Shown: piece after piece, positions 12,831-23,636 of the stretch
Numbering within the stretch: position 1 is the stretch's first letter
Layout: every line of letters starts with the position of its first letter
NCBI RefSeq assembly: GCF_001194135.2
Contig: NC_068984.1
Coordinates: forward strand, 126,606,843-126,670,842
From: Octopus bimaculoides
Lineage: Eukaryota
Reading direction: 5' to 3'
Length of the DNA stretch: 64,000 bases
The notes under the pieces: generated by a model
What the model was told of the DNA's origin: nothing
The model's input: only the letters and a program-made list of their open reading frames with translations
The model's database searches: none
Program-made: the position numbers and the translations under genes

Positions 12831-13567
12831 CTGAAAGTCATAGACAGGAAAGATAACTCACCTCTGATCCCATCTAGGAGTGACGGATATCAATGTTTCA
12901 CAATTTTCGTGGCTTATCAATATCATTTTCCCAAACAGGGTCAGAGATGAATGATATTGCCGGTCCATGACTCATATGCATATAGCATGCAAACTATGTG
13001 TGAGTAAGCCCAGACAATACATACATGAGAATAAATTCAAATATGAAATAGAAGCAGCTCTAGTGTAATAAGCATTATCAACCACATATACTTAATGGAA
13101 ACATTAAGTGTATTTGCTGGTGGGTTGCGATTTGATATCCAACCATATATATATTCATAAATGTATGTGTGTATGTGTGTGTATTTATCTACCTATAATA
13201 CATTGAAAGTCTGTTTGAATTTTGCTTGCTTGCTTGCAATGTTACCCAGCCAAACTGGCACATAAAGGGAAAATACTATAAATTAAGTTTACCCTGAAAT
13301 GTTAATACAAACGAAATGAAACAAGTTTCGCATAAAAGGGAGCAGTAGTTATTGAGATATTCGGGGTTTGGGGGTTTAAATATCCAAAACCGTACATAAT
13401 GAAAAAATGCTCCGAATATAACTTCATCCTGAAAGGGAAGAAACTCTAACTTTTTGATTAGACAGTGATTTGGAAAAGTATATTAAAATGATAATGATGA
13501 TACATACATACATTCATGTACAAGTGAAAGAGAGAGATGTGGGGTGGGGGCAAAGAATGTGTGTGTG

Positions 13568-13610
<43 letters not shown>

Positions 13611-13744
13611 ACATACACATGCATGTTCACTTATACATTGTTAGATACAATATACAAGTATATATTCAGATACACTATCATGTATATGTCTACTTGTAAG
13701 TTGACATATATGGACATACCTACCCCATTATATACTTACATAAC

Positions 13745-14920
13745 TAGATTAAATGAAAAAAATAGACAAAGAAGCTTGATTGATTTCTGTATGTGTACTA
13801 ATTTCATTTATTAGTACAAAGGCAGACCAGTGCAGTGTGTACCACAGAACACAACAGAATGCCAATGTACGGAGACTGGAATAAAATCTGCTATATTCAG
13901 ACAAATTTAATTATAGTCTGTGCTAAATCTAATTGTATGCAGGTCAGATATGATATCAAAGAAATGGTCAGTTCACACAAAAGAACTCAGTGGTTGTATG
14001 TTCAAAGTGAGTTAAATCCACCTGAATTTCCCAATTCTACTAGTGTAATAAAAACCACAAACATTCCAGAAAACTCAAGTCACTNNNNNNNNNNNNNNNN
14101 NNNNNNNNNNNNNNNNNNNNNNNNNNNNNNNNNNNNNNNNNNNNNNNNNNNNNNNNNNNNNNNNNNNNNNNNNNNNNNNNNNNNNNNNNNNNNNNNNNNN
14201 NNNNNNNNNNNNNNNNNNNNNNNNNNNNNNNNNNNNNNNNNNNNNNNNNNNNNNNNNNNNNNNNNNNNNNNNNNNNNNNNNNNNNNNNNNNNNNNNNNNN
14301 NNNNNNNNNNNNNNNNNNNNNNNNNNNNNNNNNNNNNNCTATCTTTAAACTTTGTTTTCATATCAAGCTTGTATATTTTGCCATAATGTCCAACCAAATA
14401 ATGAAGTAAAAGATAATGACTGCTATGTGCCTTTGTTAATAAGTTGTGCTGCTCGTAATAAATGAGAACTGTCTTTCTTTTAGCTCCATGCCAACCACTC
14501 ACTGCTCACAAAAGTGATTTCACAAATATATGCGATGCAGTCCCTGAGTCATTCAAATATTGCACTAGAACTTCACACATGAAAACATCTGAATTGTAAA
14601 GTCTGGGTTTAAAGTCTTCTGTTATTTGACCAGCAGACCATTATTCCAATCAGTGAGCTGAATTATATAAATCATTCAAGTGTGGAAAGTATCTGAGTCA
14701 TTCAAATATTGCACTAGAACTTCACACATGAAAACATCTGAATTGTAAAGTCTGGGTTTAAAGTCTTCTGTTATTTGACCAGCAGACCATTATTCCAATC
14801 AGTGAGGTGAATTATATAAATCATTCAAGTGTGGAAAGTATGTTGATGAAATTAAAAAGACATCATTAAACCATCATAAATATGTAAAGATACAAAGCAA
14901 AAGAAAGTCTTTATGTGATT
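13745..14920 (+). repeat. Copy B of the ~1.2-kb duplication, carrying an extra internal 149-bp tandem duplication (14544-14692, 14693-14841)
   Basis: Direct comparison with 9711-10960. Confidence 0.9.
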
Positions 14921-15289
14921 GTGTGTTTGTGTGCGTATGTATATGCATATATATAAATTTTTTAAGTGACTTTTATGTTTCGTTGCCTTTGTGTTCAAGT
15001 ATATATATTTATACACATACACACACACACAAATGTATATATCATCATCATTATCATTTATTGTCCACTAGTCTGTGCTTATATAGGTCAGAGAGAATTT
15101 GTTGAATCAGATGTTCTGTAGGCGAATGCCCTTCCTGTATCCAGTCTTCACTTGTTTCCAAACAAAGGAATATTTTCCTCATAGCTAGATATGTTTTTCA
15201 TGGGTAATTGGAAATGGAAAACCTCACTTGTATGGTGGTGATGCTCATTGGTATCTAGATAAGTGTACATTCAAACAAACAAGCAAACA

Positions 15290-15425
15290 CACAACCTCTT
15301 TCAGTTTCCATCTACCAAATCCACTCACAAGGCTTTGGTCAGCCAGAGCTATCATAGAAGACATTTGCCCAAAGTGCTGTGCAGTGTGACTGAACCCAAG
15401 ACCAGATATTTGGGGAAGTGACCAG
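15290..15425 (-). mobile_element. CORE-type SINE fragment
   Basis: TTTCAGTTTCCATCTACCAAATCCACTCACAAGGCTTTGG...TTGCCCAAAGTGC. Confidence 0.8.
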
Positions 15426-15499
15426 ACAGGCAGACTTGCTTATGATACATACATACATACATACATACATACATGGTGGTTGTATATTCCTTATGCAGA

Positions 15500-16595
15500 G
15501 TTTGACCACCTCCTGTACCTACACCTTAGCATCATCATGGCATCTGATGTGGCTTTTTAAACCAGACAATGTTCTGAAAAGACACCCACATAGATTGCAC
15601 ATCTGATTTGGACTAACAAGAGCTGCAGATAAGTTCTGATCTTTGTAGATCTTAAAATATCTTTTGAGGCCCATGTTAGATTTGCAAACCTTCTGGCATA
15701 CACTGCACTCAAAGGTGTGCACAACATATAGGCAGAATAGTTGGTAGAAGTTCATTTTCCACGGGTTTGCAAATGAGATTTGAGCCCAGCAAAAGAAAGG
15801 TATGGTGTGTCACAAACTGTGCACACAAAAAGGTCGTTATCATTTACCTTCTCGATCGTAACGTTCTTCCTTAGATCTCTTTTGAGTTTTACATGCGTTA
15901 TCCTGGCCTCTTCAAATGCTTTCATTCCACTCCATACTTTTGTTCGCCATCCAACTCGATCCGAAGCAAGGGTTTCTATGTCTTCTGGACCCATTCCAAG
16001 TGACTTCATAGTAGTCCTTATGCCATTCTTAAATCCTTTTTCAGGTTTACGCCAATAGCGTTTCCCCTCTGCAAGCTCATCATAAAACAGCTGTTTTGGC
16101 ATGCATTCATCTGCCATTCGAACAGTATGGCCATGCCATCTCATTTGGTTCCTCAAAATCATAGCTTTAATTGAGGTGATGTCTGCAGATGCAAGGACAT
16201 CAGTGTTTGGAGTAAAAGAACTCCATTTAATGGTTAAAATGCAATGAAGGCGTTTTTGGTGGAATTCTTCTAACAATTTAAAATACCTTTCATAACAACT
16301 CCATGTGTCACAAAAATACAACAGGGATGGTAAGACAAATGATTTGTAAAGAGCCAGCTTTGTATTGTTATTTATATGTTGCTGGCACCAAACGCGTAAC
16401 TCCAAGCCACCAAGTGCTTTTGCTGCCCTTTGAATTCGTAGATGCATTTCTGTATCAAGATTTCCATAATTTTGTACAGAGCTTCCAAGGTAGATGAACA
16501 AATTGACAACCTCAAGTAACTTACCCTTAATAAAAATTTTAGAGTGGTTACAAACAGCACCACATGCAGGTTGATGCATTACAACTGTTTTTTTC
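15500..16595 (-). mobile_element. 5'-truncated RTE (BovB-like) LINE: RT thumb/C-terminus plus three C2H2 fingers
   Basis: ORF 15752-16690 has LEVVNLFIYLGS, LPSLLYFCDTW, RWHGHTVRM and MPKQLFYDEL motifs. It is frameshifted into ORF 15519-15755. Fingers at about 15761-15823, 15645-15707 and 15537-15599. Confidence 0.9.
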
Positions 16596-16690
16596 AAACA
16601 TACATACATACATACACATATATAGTTTACTGTTCCATTAGAAGTAGGATCAACATAAAAATACTCTGTCCAGTGAGAGATAAATATCAT

Positions 16691-16910
16691 TTAATATACA
16701 CAATATTTAAATAAGAGCTACTGATAGTTTCATGCCATGGAAACATGATAATTTGACAGATTTATATAACATGTCTTGAGTCTCTAAGCAATCTTTCAAG
16801 TCAAAAATCTTGCTTGGAGGCACAAGACATATTATATAAACGTGTTGAATTATCATGTTTCTATGGAAAAAAACTATTAGTAACTCTTATTTAAATACTG
16901 TGTATATTAA
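16691..16910. mobile_element. 220-bp foldback (MITE-like) element
   Basis: Arms of about 100 bp, roughly 80% complementary by eye (TTAATATACACAATATTTAAATAAGAG... / ...CTCTTATTTAAATACTGTGTATATTAA), with a short loop. Confidence 0.8.
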
Positions 16911-16924
16911 GTATTATATTTATA

Positions 16925-17040
16925 TTGCCAGATCAGATTGGAGCCTGGTGCAGCCATCTGGTTCGCCAGTCCTCAGTCAAATTGTCCAACCCATGCCAGC
17001 ATGGAAAGTGGACATTAAATGATGATGATGATGATGATAT
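16925..17040 (+). mobile_element. RTE 3'-tail fragment
   Basis: GCCAGATCAGATTGGAGCCTGGTGCAGCC...CATGGAAAGTGGACATTAAATGATGATG. Confidence 0.85.
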
Positions 17041-17083
17041 ATATATATATGTAGGTAGGTAGGTAGGTAGGTAGGTAGCTAGC

Positions 17084-17121
<38 letters not shown>

Positions 17122-17397
17122 TGTATTGATAGACAAACGGACAGACAAGTAAGTAAAATAGCACTAATGGCATGAGGGAAATAAGAGATGGACAGCTGGA
17201 TAGCATGAGAGGGTAGAACAAGTAGACAAAAATTCAAAAGTTGATGGACAAAATGTAACACAAAAATATTATCGATTAAAACTAAGCACACTGAATTTTA
17301 TGTTGTATAAAAGAAAAGAAAGAGGTTGATGTTTTTGGTGGACCCTCTATTAAAAGGAGTAAAGCAAGAAAACAGAAACAAGGAAAGAAACCATACC

Positions 17398-17697
17398 TGT
17401 TTAGCATTTAAACTGGCTATATCCAGCCCAAATATTCTACCTGTTTTCTGTTCAAACCAGCCAGATTCTGACTCTCACACCTACTCTGCAATGTCATTCT
17501 AAAAATAAACAATCACATAGTCAAAATTTTGTAGCTACAAAATTATGCATGATTAATTCAAAACAATGTGTTTGTTCAACTAAAGACCTTTAAAGATGGT
17601 GCTCCAGCATGGCCACAGTCAAACAGTCAAGTGACTGAAAGAACTGAAATGAAAAATGCATTACATTTGACTGTGTAATCTGAATGTTAAAGGGTTA
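17398..17697. mobile_element. piggyBac-type MITE, family 2, interrupted by a SINE 3' fragment
   Basis: Right end GAATGTTAAAGGG-TTAA; left end degraded (TTTAGCATTTAAAC); SINE piece GGTGCTCCAGCATGGCCACAGTC at about 17575-17650. Confidence 0.65.
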
Positions 17698-18424
17698 AAG
17701 CACATATGGTTATCTTTTGGTCACATGTTATGCAATCACAGCATATATATATATGTGTGTGTTTGTGTGGATAAAGAGAGAGATTGATGCTGATATATAT
17801 ATATATATANNNNNNNNNNNNNNNNNNNNNNNNNNNNNNNNNNNNNNNNNNNNNNNNNNNNNNNNNNNNNNNNNNNNNNNNNNNNNNNNNNNNNNNNNNN
17901 NNNNNNNNNNNNNNNNNNNNNNNNNNNNNNNNNNNNNNNNNNNNNNNNNNNNNNNNNNNNNNNNNNNNNNNNNNNNNNNNNNNNNNNNNNNNNNNNNNNN
18001 NNNNNNNNNNNNNNNNNNNNNNNNNNNNNNNNNNNNNNNNNATGTATGTATACATGTGTGTGTGTCTGTTTAATTATGTATGTTTAGATATACAAAGTCA
18101 ATACAATTATCTGGAACACTTAAAGTCAGTGTACCAGCATGGCCTTAGTTCAGTCAGTGACTGAAACCAGTTAAAGAATAAAAGAATGCTGAATTAATAA
18201 ATAATCAATATGATTTAACTAAAACACAGTGATTTCTGTTTTCTCAACAGAATTTCAGATTCCCTGCAAAGCAGACGCTAGAAATAAGATAGATTGAAAC
18301 ACATATTGAAAAGTACTAATACTATAAGACACATCACACACCTTATGAGCAGCAGATACGACACACATAGAAATATATTGACGCAAAATGTGCATGTGTG
18401 CATGAAAGGTAGACTAGAATAGAG

Positions 18425-18580
18425 GTGAATTGAAAGAACTGCTTGGTATTAAAACTATCAGCCAATGTATGGAGGATAAATGACTGTTAGTTAGTTTGGG
18501 CATGTGTTGTGGATGCATATTAACAATGCTGAGATTCTTAAAGGACAGGAAATCCCAAGGAAGATGTGGGTAGGTAGGGT
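18425..18580 (+). mobile_element. Highly decayed RTE C-terminal fragment
   Basis: ELKELLGIKTISQCME...; ends GGAAATCCCAAGGAAGATGTGGG, similar to the GRPRKTW region. Confidence 0.45.
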
Positions 18581-20317
18581 AAGACCAATGTTAATGATAT
18601 TCAACTCCATAAACTTTTTGATAGGATAAACAATCCAGAGTATGGTGATAGATATGTAGCAATTTATTCCAACATGGACTGGACATTAAGACAATGATAA
18701 TGATTATGAATGTACTTCTATAATAGCTAAGACAATGTATTATGATCAATGCCAAGAAACACAGTGCCTTAAACACTGCTGGTCATGTATACATTATAGT
18801 GTAGAACTATTCAATATAGAGAAGAATAAAAACATGAATCTTACAACGACAAGATGATAGCTACATATATATATATATANNNNNNNNNNNNNNNNNNNNN
18901 NNNNNNNNNNNNNNNNNNNNNNNNNNNNNNNNNNNNNNNNNNNNNNNNNNNNNNNNNNNNNNNNNNNNNNNNNNNNNNNNNNNNNNNNNNNNNNNNNNNN
19001 NNNNNNNNNNNNNNNNNNNNNNNNNNNNNNNNNNNNNNNNNNNNNNNNNNNNNNNNNNNNNNNNNNNNNNNNNNNNNNNNNNNNNNNNNNNNNNNNNNNN
19101 NNNNNNNNNNNNNNNNNNNNNNNNNNNNNNNNNNNNNNNNNNNNNNNNNNNNNNNNNNNNNNNNNNNNNNNNNNNNNNNNNNNNNNNNNNNNNNNNNNNN
19201 NNNNNNNNNNNNNNNNNNNNNNNNNNNNNNNNNNNNNNNNNNNNNNNNNNNNNNNNNNNNNNNNNNNNNNNNNNNNNNNNNNNNNNNNNNNNNNNNNNNN
19301 NNNNNNNNNNNNNNNNNNNNNNNNNNNNNNNNNNNNNNNNNNNNNNNNNNNNNNNNNNNNNNNNNNNNNNNNNNNNNNNNNNNNNNNNNNNNNNNNNNNN
19401 NNNNNNNNNNNNNNNNNNNNNNNNNNNNNNNNNNNNNNNNNNNNNNNNNNNNNNNNNNNNNNNNNNNNNNNNNNNNNNNNNNNNNNNNNNNNNNNNNNNN
19501 NNNNNNNNNNNNNNNNNNNNNNNNNNNNNNNNNNNNNNNNNNNNNNNNNNNNNNNNNNNNNNNNNNNNNNNNNNNNNNNNNNNNNNNNNNNNNNNNNNNN
19601 NNNNNNNNNNNNNNNNNNNNNNNNNNNNNNNNNNNNNNNNNNNNNNNNNNNNNNNNNNNNNNNNNNNNNNNNNNNNNNNNNNNNNNNNNNNNNNNNNNNN
19701 NNNNNNNNNNNNNNNNNNNNNNNNNNNNNNNNNNNNNNNNNNTATATATATATATATGGTCAAAATGACCATATACATAACTAACTAAATATACATATCT
19801 TATAATAATTCTGCTTGTCCTTCCATTATTTAGCCTGTCCGTAACACTTCCATGTGATTAGTTGGAAGGGGAAGGACGAGGGGGAAGGGGAGGGAAATGT
19901 GTAATTTCTTTTTTGAACTTAGTTTTGTTCCTCCGTTACTTAGCCTGTCTGTAATGTTTTTATGTAATTAGTGGACGGGAAAGGTGAAGAGCGAAAGAAA
20001 AAGAGGGTGAGGTGAAGAGTGAGAGAGAAAGAGGAAAAGTGTTGTGTATTAAGTCTATAAAATTGTGCATAAAGTATATAAAGTGCATTAAGTAATCATC
20101 ATATTCCAATTTCCTGCACTTTTCAATGATGGACAGCTATCTTTTGATACAGTCACAACACAGGCTATGCTATCAGGTTTTTTGAATGAAGTTTTCAGAA
20201 AAAAACCCAATAAGTTTACAATTAATTCCATGAAATATTCACTGGTCCTGCTGGTATATACTATTCTTTAAGAATAGTATTCTTTAAGAATAGTATTCTT
20301 TAAGAAGAATAGTATTG

Positions 20318-20362
20318 ACAGTAACTTTGAAGTTTCAACCAGCTAAGCCATCATCAGACTGT
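20318..20362 (-). ncRNA. Minimal type-I hammerhead ribozyme motif (Penelope-like element type), partly decayed
   Basis: Minus strand: ACAGU-CUGAUGA-U-GGC-UUAGCUG-GUU-GAAAC-UUCAAA-GUU-ACUGU. Helix I is a perfect 5 bp, the core is intact, helix II is G:U-rich, and helix III is near-palindromic. Confidence 0.7.
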
Positions 20363-20370
20363 GGTACATC

Positions 20371-20412
20371 TGAGTATGATGGCTTAGCTAGCAGAAATTT
20401 TGGAGTCACTCA
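20371..20412 (+). ncRNA. Degenerate hammerhead motif, inverted partner of 20318-20362
   Basis: UGAGU-(CUG missing)AUGA-UGGC-UUAGCUA-GCA-GAAAU-UUUGGA-GUC-ACUCA. Helix I UGAGU/ACUCA is perfectly paired but differs in sequence from its partner (compensatory changes). Confidence 0.55.
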
Positions 20413-20549
20413 TAATACTATTTTTGTTAAAGAATTATAAATTTGTGCTCTGGCAAATGTATTGAGTAGTCCTTCAACTTAGTTTAAAATTCTTTTTATT
20501 ATAACATAAAAACAAACATTTATTTATTTATGTTTATTTCTTTCTTTCT

Positions 20550-20591
<42 letters not shown>

Positions 20592-20977
20592 GCTTTTAAT
20601 CATTTAAATTCTCTTGCTGAAGGAGCTGGTTTCTAGTAAAAATACGAAGCTCCATCGTTGAAATGTAGGTAACAAAAACAATGTCACATTTTAAACCTGA
20701 GAAAAGCCTTGCATCAGTCCATGCATCCAATCTTCAGAGAAAACATGCCTAACTAGGAGGAACATTAATCTGCTTAGAAAACAAGGAAGTATTGGCTACA
20801 GGAAGGGCATCTGAGTATTGAAAATCTTCTTCAATGAATTCAGTCTTACCCATGCAAGCCTGGAAAAGTGAACTTTAAAATGATAATTATAATTGTAATG
20901 ATTCTTATTTAACTCACTTACTTAATTCAGCTGTTAAAATGAACTTAATTGGTTTTATTACTAAACTACATCCTTAC

Positions 20978-21069
20978 CACTTGCATTTAATTGCAGCTGT
21001 ACACATTGATATTGAAATGATCAACATCATTTGCAGCACTGCATATAGCCTTGAAAACATATTCTTCAT
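20978..21069 (-). CDS. Candidate first coding exon encoding a signal peptide
   Basis: MKNMFSRLYAVLQMMLIISISMCTA-AIKCK then TG|GTAAGG (phase 2). Basic n-region, hydrophobic h-region and C-T-A c-region; unique, non-repetitive sequence. An out-of-frame ATG lies 4 nt upstream. Confidence 0.55.
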
Positions 21070-21370
21070 ACATGCGAACTTCTGGTATTAATTGAAATGC
21101 ATCATTCTTTTATGTATGGCAAAAGTGTGGTTATCGTTGTCATGGCTGTTTTAATATCCATCTTCCAAGTGATCACATTTTAAATTATAACATTTTCCAA
21201 GCTGTCATAGTTTGCCTGGGTTTGCAGTTCACATGTTTCTGCATGTCTTGACCCTTTGACATCTTGTGTGGGAGAAGCCCTGCTTCTTGAGAACTGATTT
21301 CATATTTCTTCCTTTATCTCTCTCTTCAATGGATACCTTCCACTGTCAGTACACATACTTGTGAGCACAG

Positions 21371-21404
<34 letters not shown>

Positions 21405-21645
21405 GTGCACATATCAACATACACACACATTTTTTTTTTTTTGGTTATTAGCTTTACAGTTAAACTGTTTTAACTGATTCTATTCACAAATAGCTGGAGG
21501 TTATTCAGCATTTCTTCTCAAAATAATGAACGCTTCATTCTGTATACGTAAGGCTTCATCTTGTGAACATATACAGAAATGTGTGAATGTTTGTGTATAT
21601 GTGCATGTGTATAAGTGAGTAAGTGTGTGTGCATATATATGTATG

Positions 21646-21688
<43 letters not shown>

Positions 21689-22143
21689 AGTATATTTGCC
21701 ATNNNNNNNNNNNNNNNNNNNNNNNNNNNNNNNNNNNNNNNNNNNNNNNNNNNNNNNNNNNNNNNNNNNNNNNNNNNNNNNNNNNNNNNNNNNNNNNNNN
21801 NNNNNNNNNNNNNNNNNNNNNNNNNNNNNNNNNNNNNNNNNNNNNNNNNNNNNNNNNNNNNNNNNNNNNNNNNNNNNNNNNNNNNNNNNNNNNNNNNNNN
21901 NNNNNNNNNNNNNNNNNNNNNNNNNNNNNNNNNNNNNNNNNNNNNNNNNNNNNNNNNNNNNNNNNNNNNNNNNNNNNNNNNNNNNNNNNNNNNNNNNNNN
22001 NNNNNNNNNNNNNNNNNNNNNNNNNNNNNNNNNNNNNNNNNNNNNNNNNNNNNNNNNNNNNNNNNNNNNNNNNNNNNNNNNNNNNNNNNNNNNNNNNNNN
22101 NNNNNNNNNNNNNNNNNNNNNNNNNNNNNNNNNNNNNNNNNNN

Positions 22144-22330
22144 GGGAAGGATAACTTCCCTTGGCAAAAATAGACAGGACACAGATATGTGTCGATAAGC
22201 CAGCTGGAGGAGATGTTCTCCTGGGGCTAAAAGCAACAGTAACATCCACCCTTAGGGGTCAGCCACATTTAAATGGCAAATATACTTCACTTTATCGTGC
22301 AGTTACTGTTAACACCTCGTTCAGAGATTT
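22144..22330. repeat. Unclassified repeat; its end is mirrored on the other side of the 21703-22143 gap
   Basis: ATGGCAAATATACTTCACT (22273-22291) is the reverse complement of 21684-21702. Confidence 0.55.
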
Positions 22331-22512
22331 AACATTGCTTATATATATATATATATATAATCCAAGAGAGTTAGGGGTTGAGGATTCAACCCACTATGGG
22401 ATAGTATCTATCCAATATACTGCTGGGAGGGTACCCAATTATTGTTACACTAGTGTTATACTAAGTGCAATAAGTAGGTGCAGGTAAAATGGGGTTCATT
22501 TTACCTTAAATT

Positions 22513-22830
22513 TATATAGCAATGAGAAAATGGTGGAGAATATGCGGTATCCATCGACTTGCAGACACTGTATTCCGTTGATTAATTTGTTTATTTTATA
22601 GCTAAAATGACAAAACCCACAATATACAGATACTTATGACATACCATGTCCTATCAACAATTAAGGTGACAAATATAAAGGACATTTAGCAATTGGAGAA
22701 TGGACAGAAGTATCTGTATATTGTGGTTTTTGTCATTTTAGCTATAAAATAAACAAATTAATCAATGGAATACGTTGTCTGCAAGTCGATGGATACTGCA
22801 TATTCTCCTCCATTTTCTCATTGCTATATA
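22513..22830. mobile_element. 318-bp foldback/MITE-like element in TA context
   Basis: 123-bp arms (22513-22635, 22708-22830) with about 6 mismatches and a 72-bp spacer. Confidence 0.9.
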
Positions 22831-23094
22831 TATATATATGGGTTGTGCTACCTGGTTGGCGTTGTGCTACTGCAGTTGGCGCATATATCTGGATTTACGT
22901 CAAGATTTTTAGTGAGACACCACTTTATGTATGAATGTACCTGAAGTGACTGCAAAACTGATGCAACACAGTATGATGCACAGCATCCCACCCATAAAGG
23001 ACAGTCACAGGATAGGTCAAAACAATCATTGTATTCAATAAAGACTAATACCAAATCCATATTCTGGTTCCATTATTTTCAATTATTTTATATA

Positions 23095-23165
<71 letters not shown>

Positions 23166-23281
23166 NNNNNNNNNNNNNNNNNNNNNNNNNNNNNNNNNNN
23201 NNNNNNNNNNNNNNNNNNNNNNNNNNNNNNNNNNNNNNNNNNNNNNNNNNNNNNNNNNNNNNNNNNNNNNNNNNNNNNNNN

Positions 23282-23325
<44 letters not shown>

Positions 23326-23597
23326 TGTTTTTTTGTGTTCAGTTATAACAAAAACAATTTTACATTAACCTGAAGTGGTACCTTTGTACAATACAAATTT
23401 ATTATTGTTAAAAATATTATTGACAGTGACTTCAAAATTTTAACCAGCTAGACCATCGTCAGACTGTCAATAATACCCTTGTTTAAGCATATGTATGTAT
23501 GTATGTATGTATGTATATATGTATGCATGTGTATATCATCATCATATATGTGTATATATATGCCAGCACGGAAAACGAACGTTAAAGGATGATGATG

Positions 23598-23636
<39 letters not shown>

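Noticed and set aside
13290-13430. Open exon-like frame DEVIFGAFF...LTFQG with a strong acceptor on the minus strand
   Set aside because: It sits in CpG-containing, transposon-like sequence, the peptide is F/I/L-biased as expected from T-rich DNA, and it is phase-incompatible with the 20978 donor.
15519-15823. Host C2H2 transcription-factor gene
   Set aside because: The fingers are contiguous with RTE RT motifs and lack TGEKP linkers.
18253-18410. Plus-strand acceptor (TTTTCTCAACAG) and a similar one at about 9390
   Set aside because: All frames stop within about 20 codons and there is no supporting partner exon.
22250-22380. TTAGGGG motifs as telomeric or telomere-targeted PLE signature
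   Set aside because: Only two isolated occurrences and no tandem TTAGGG array.
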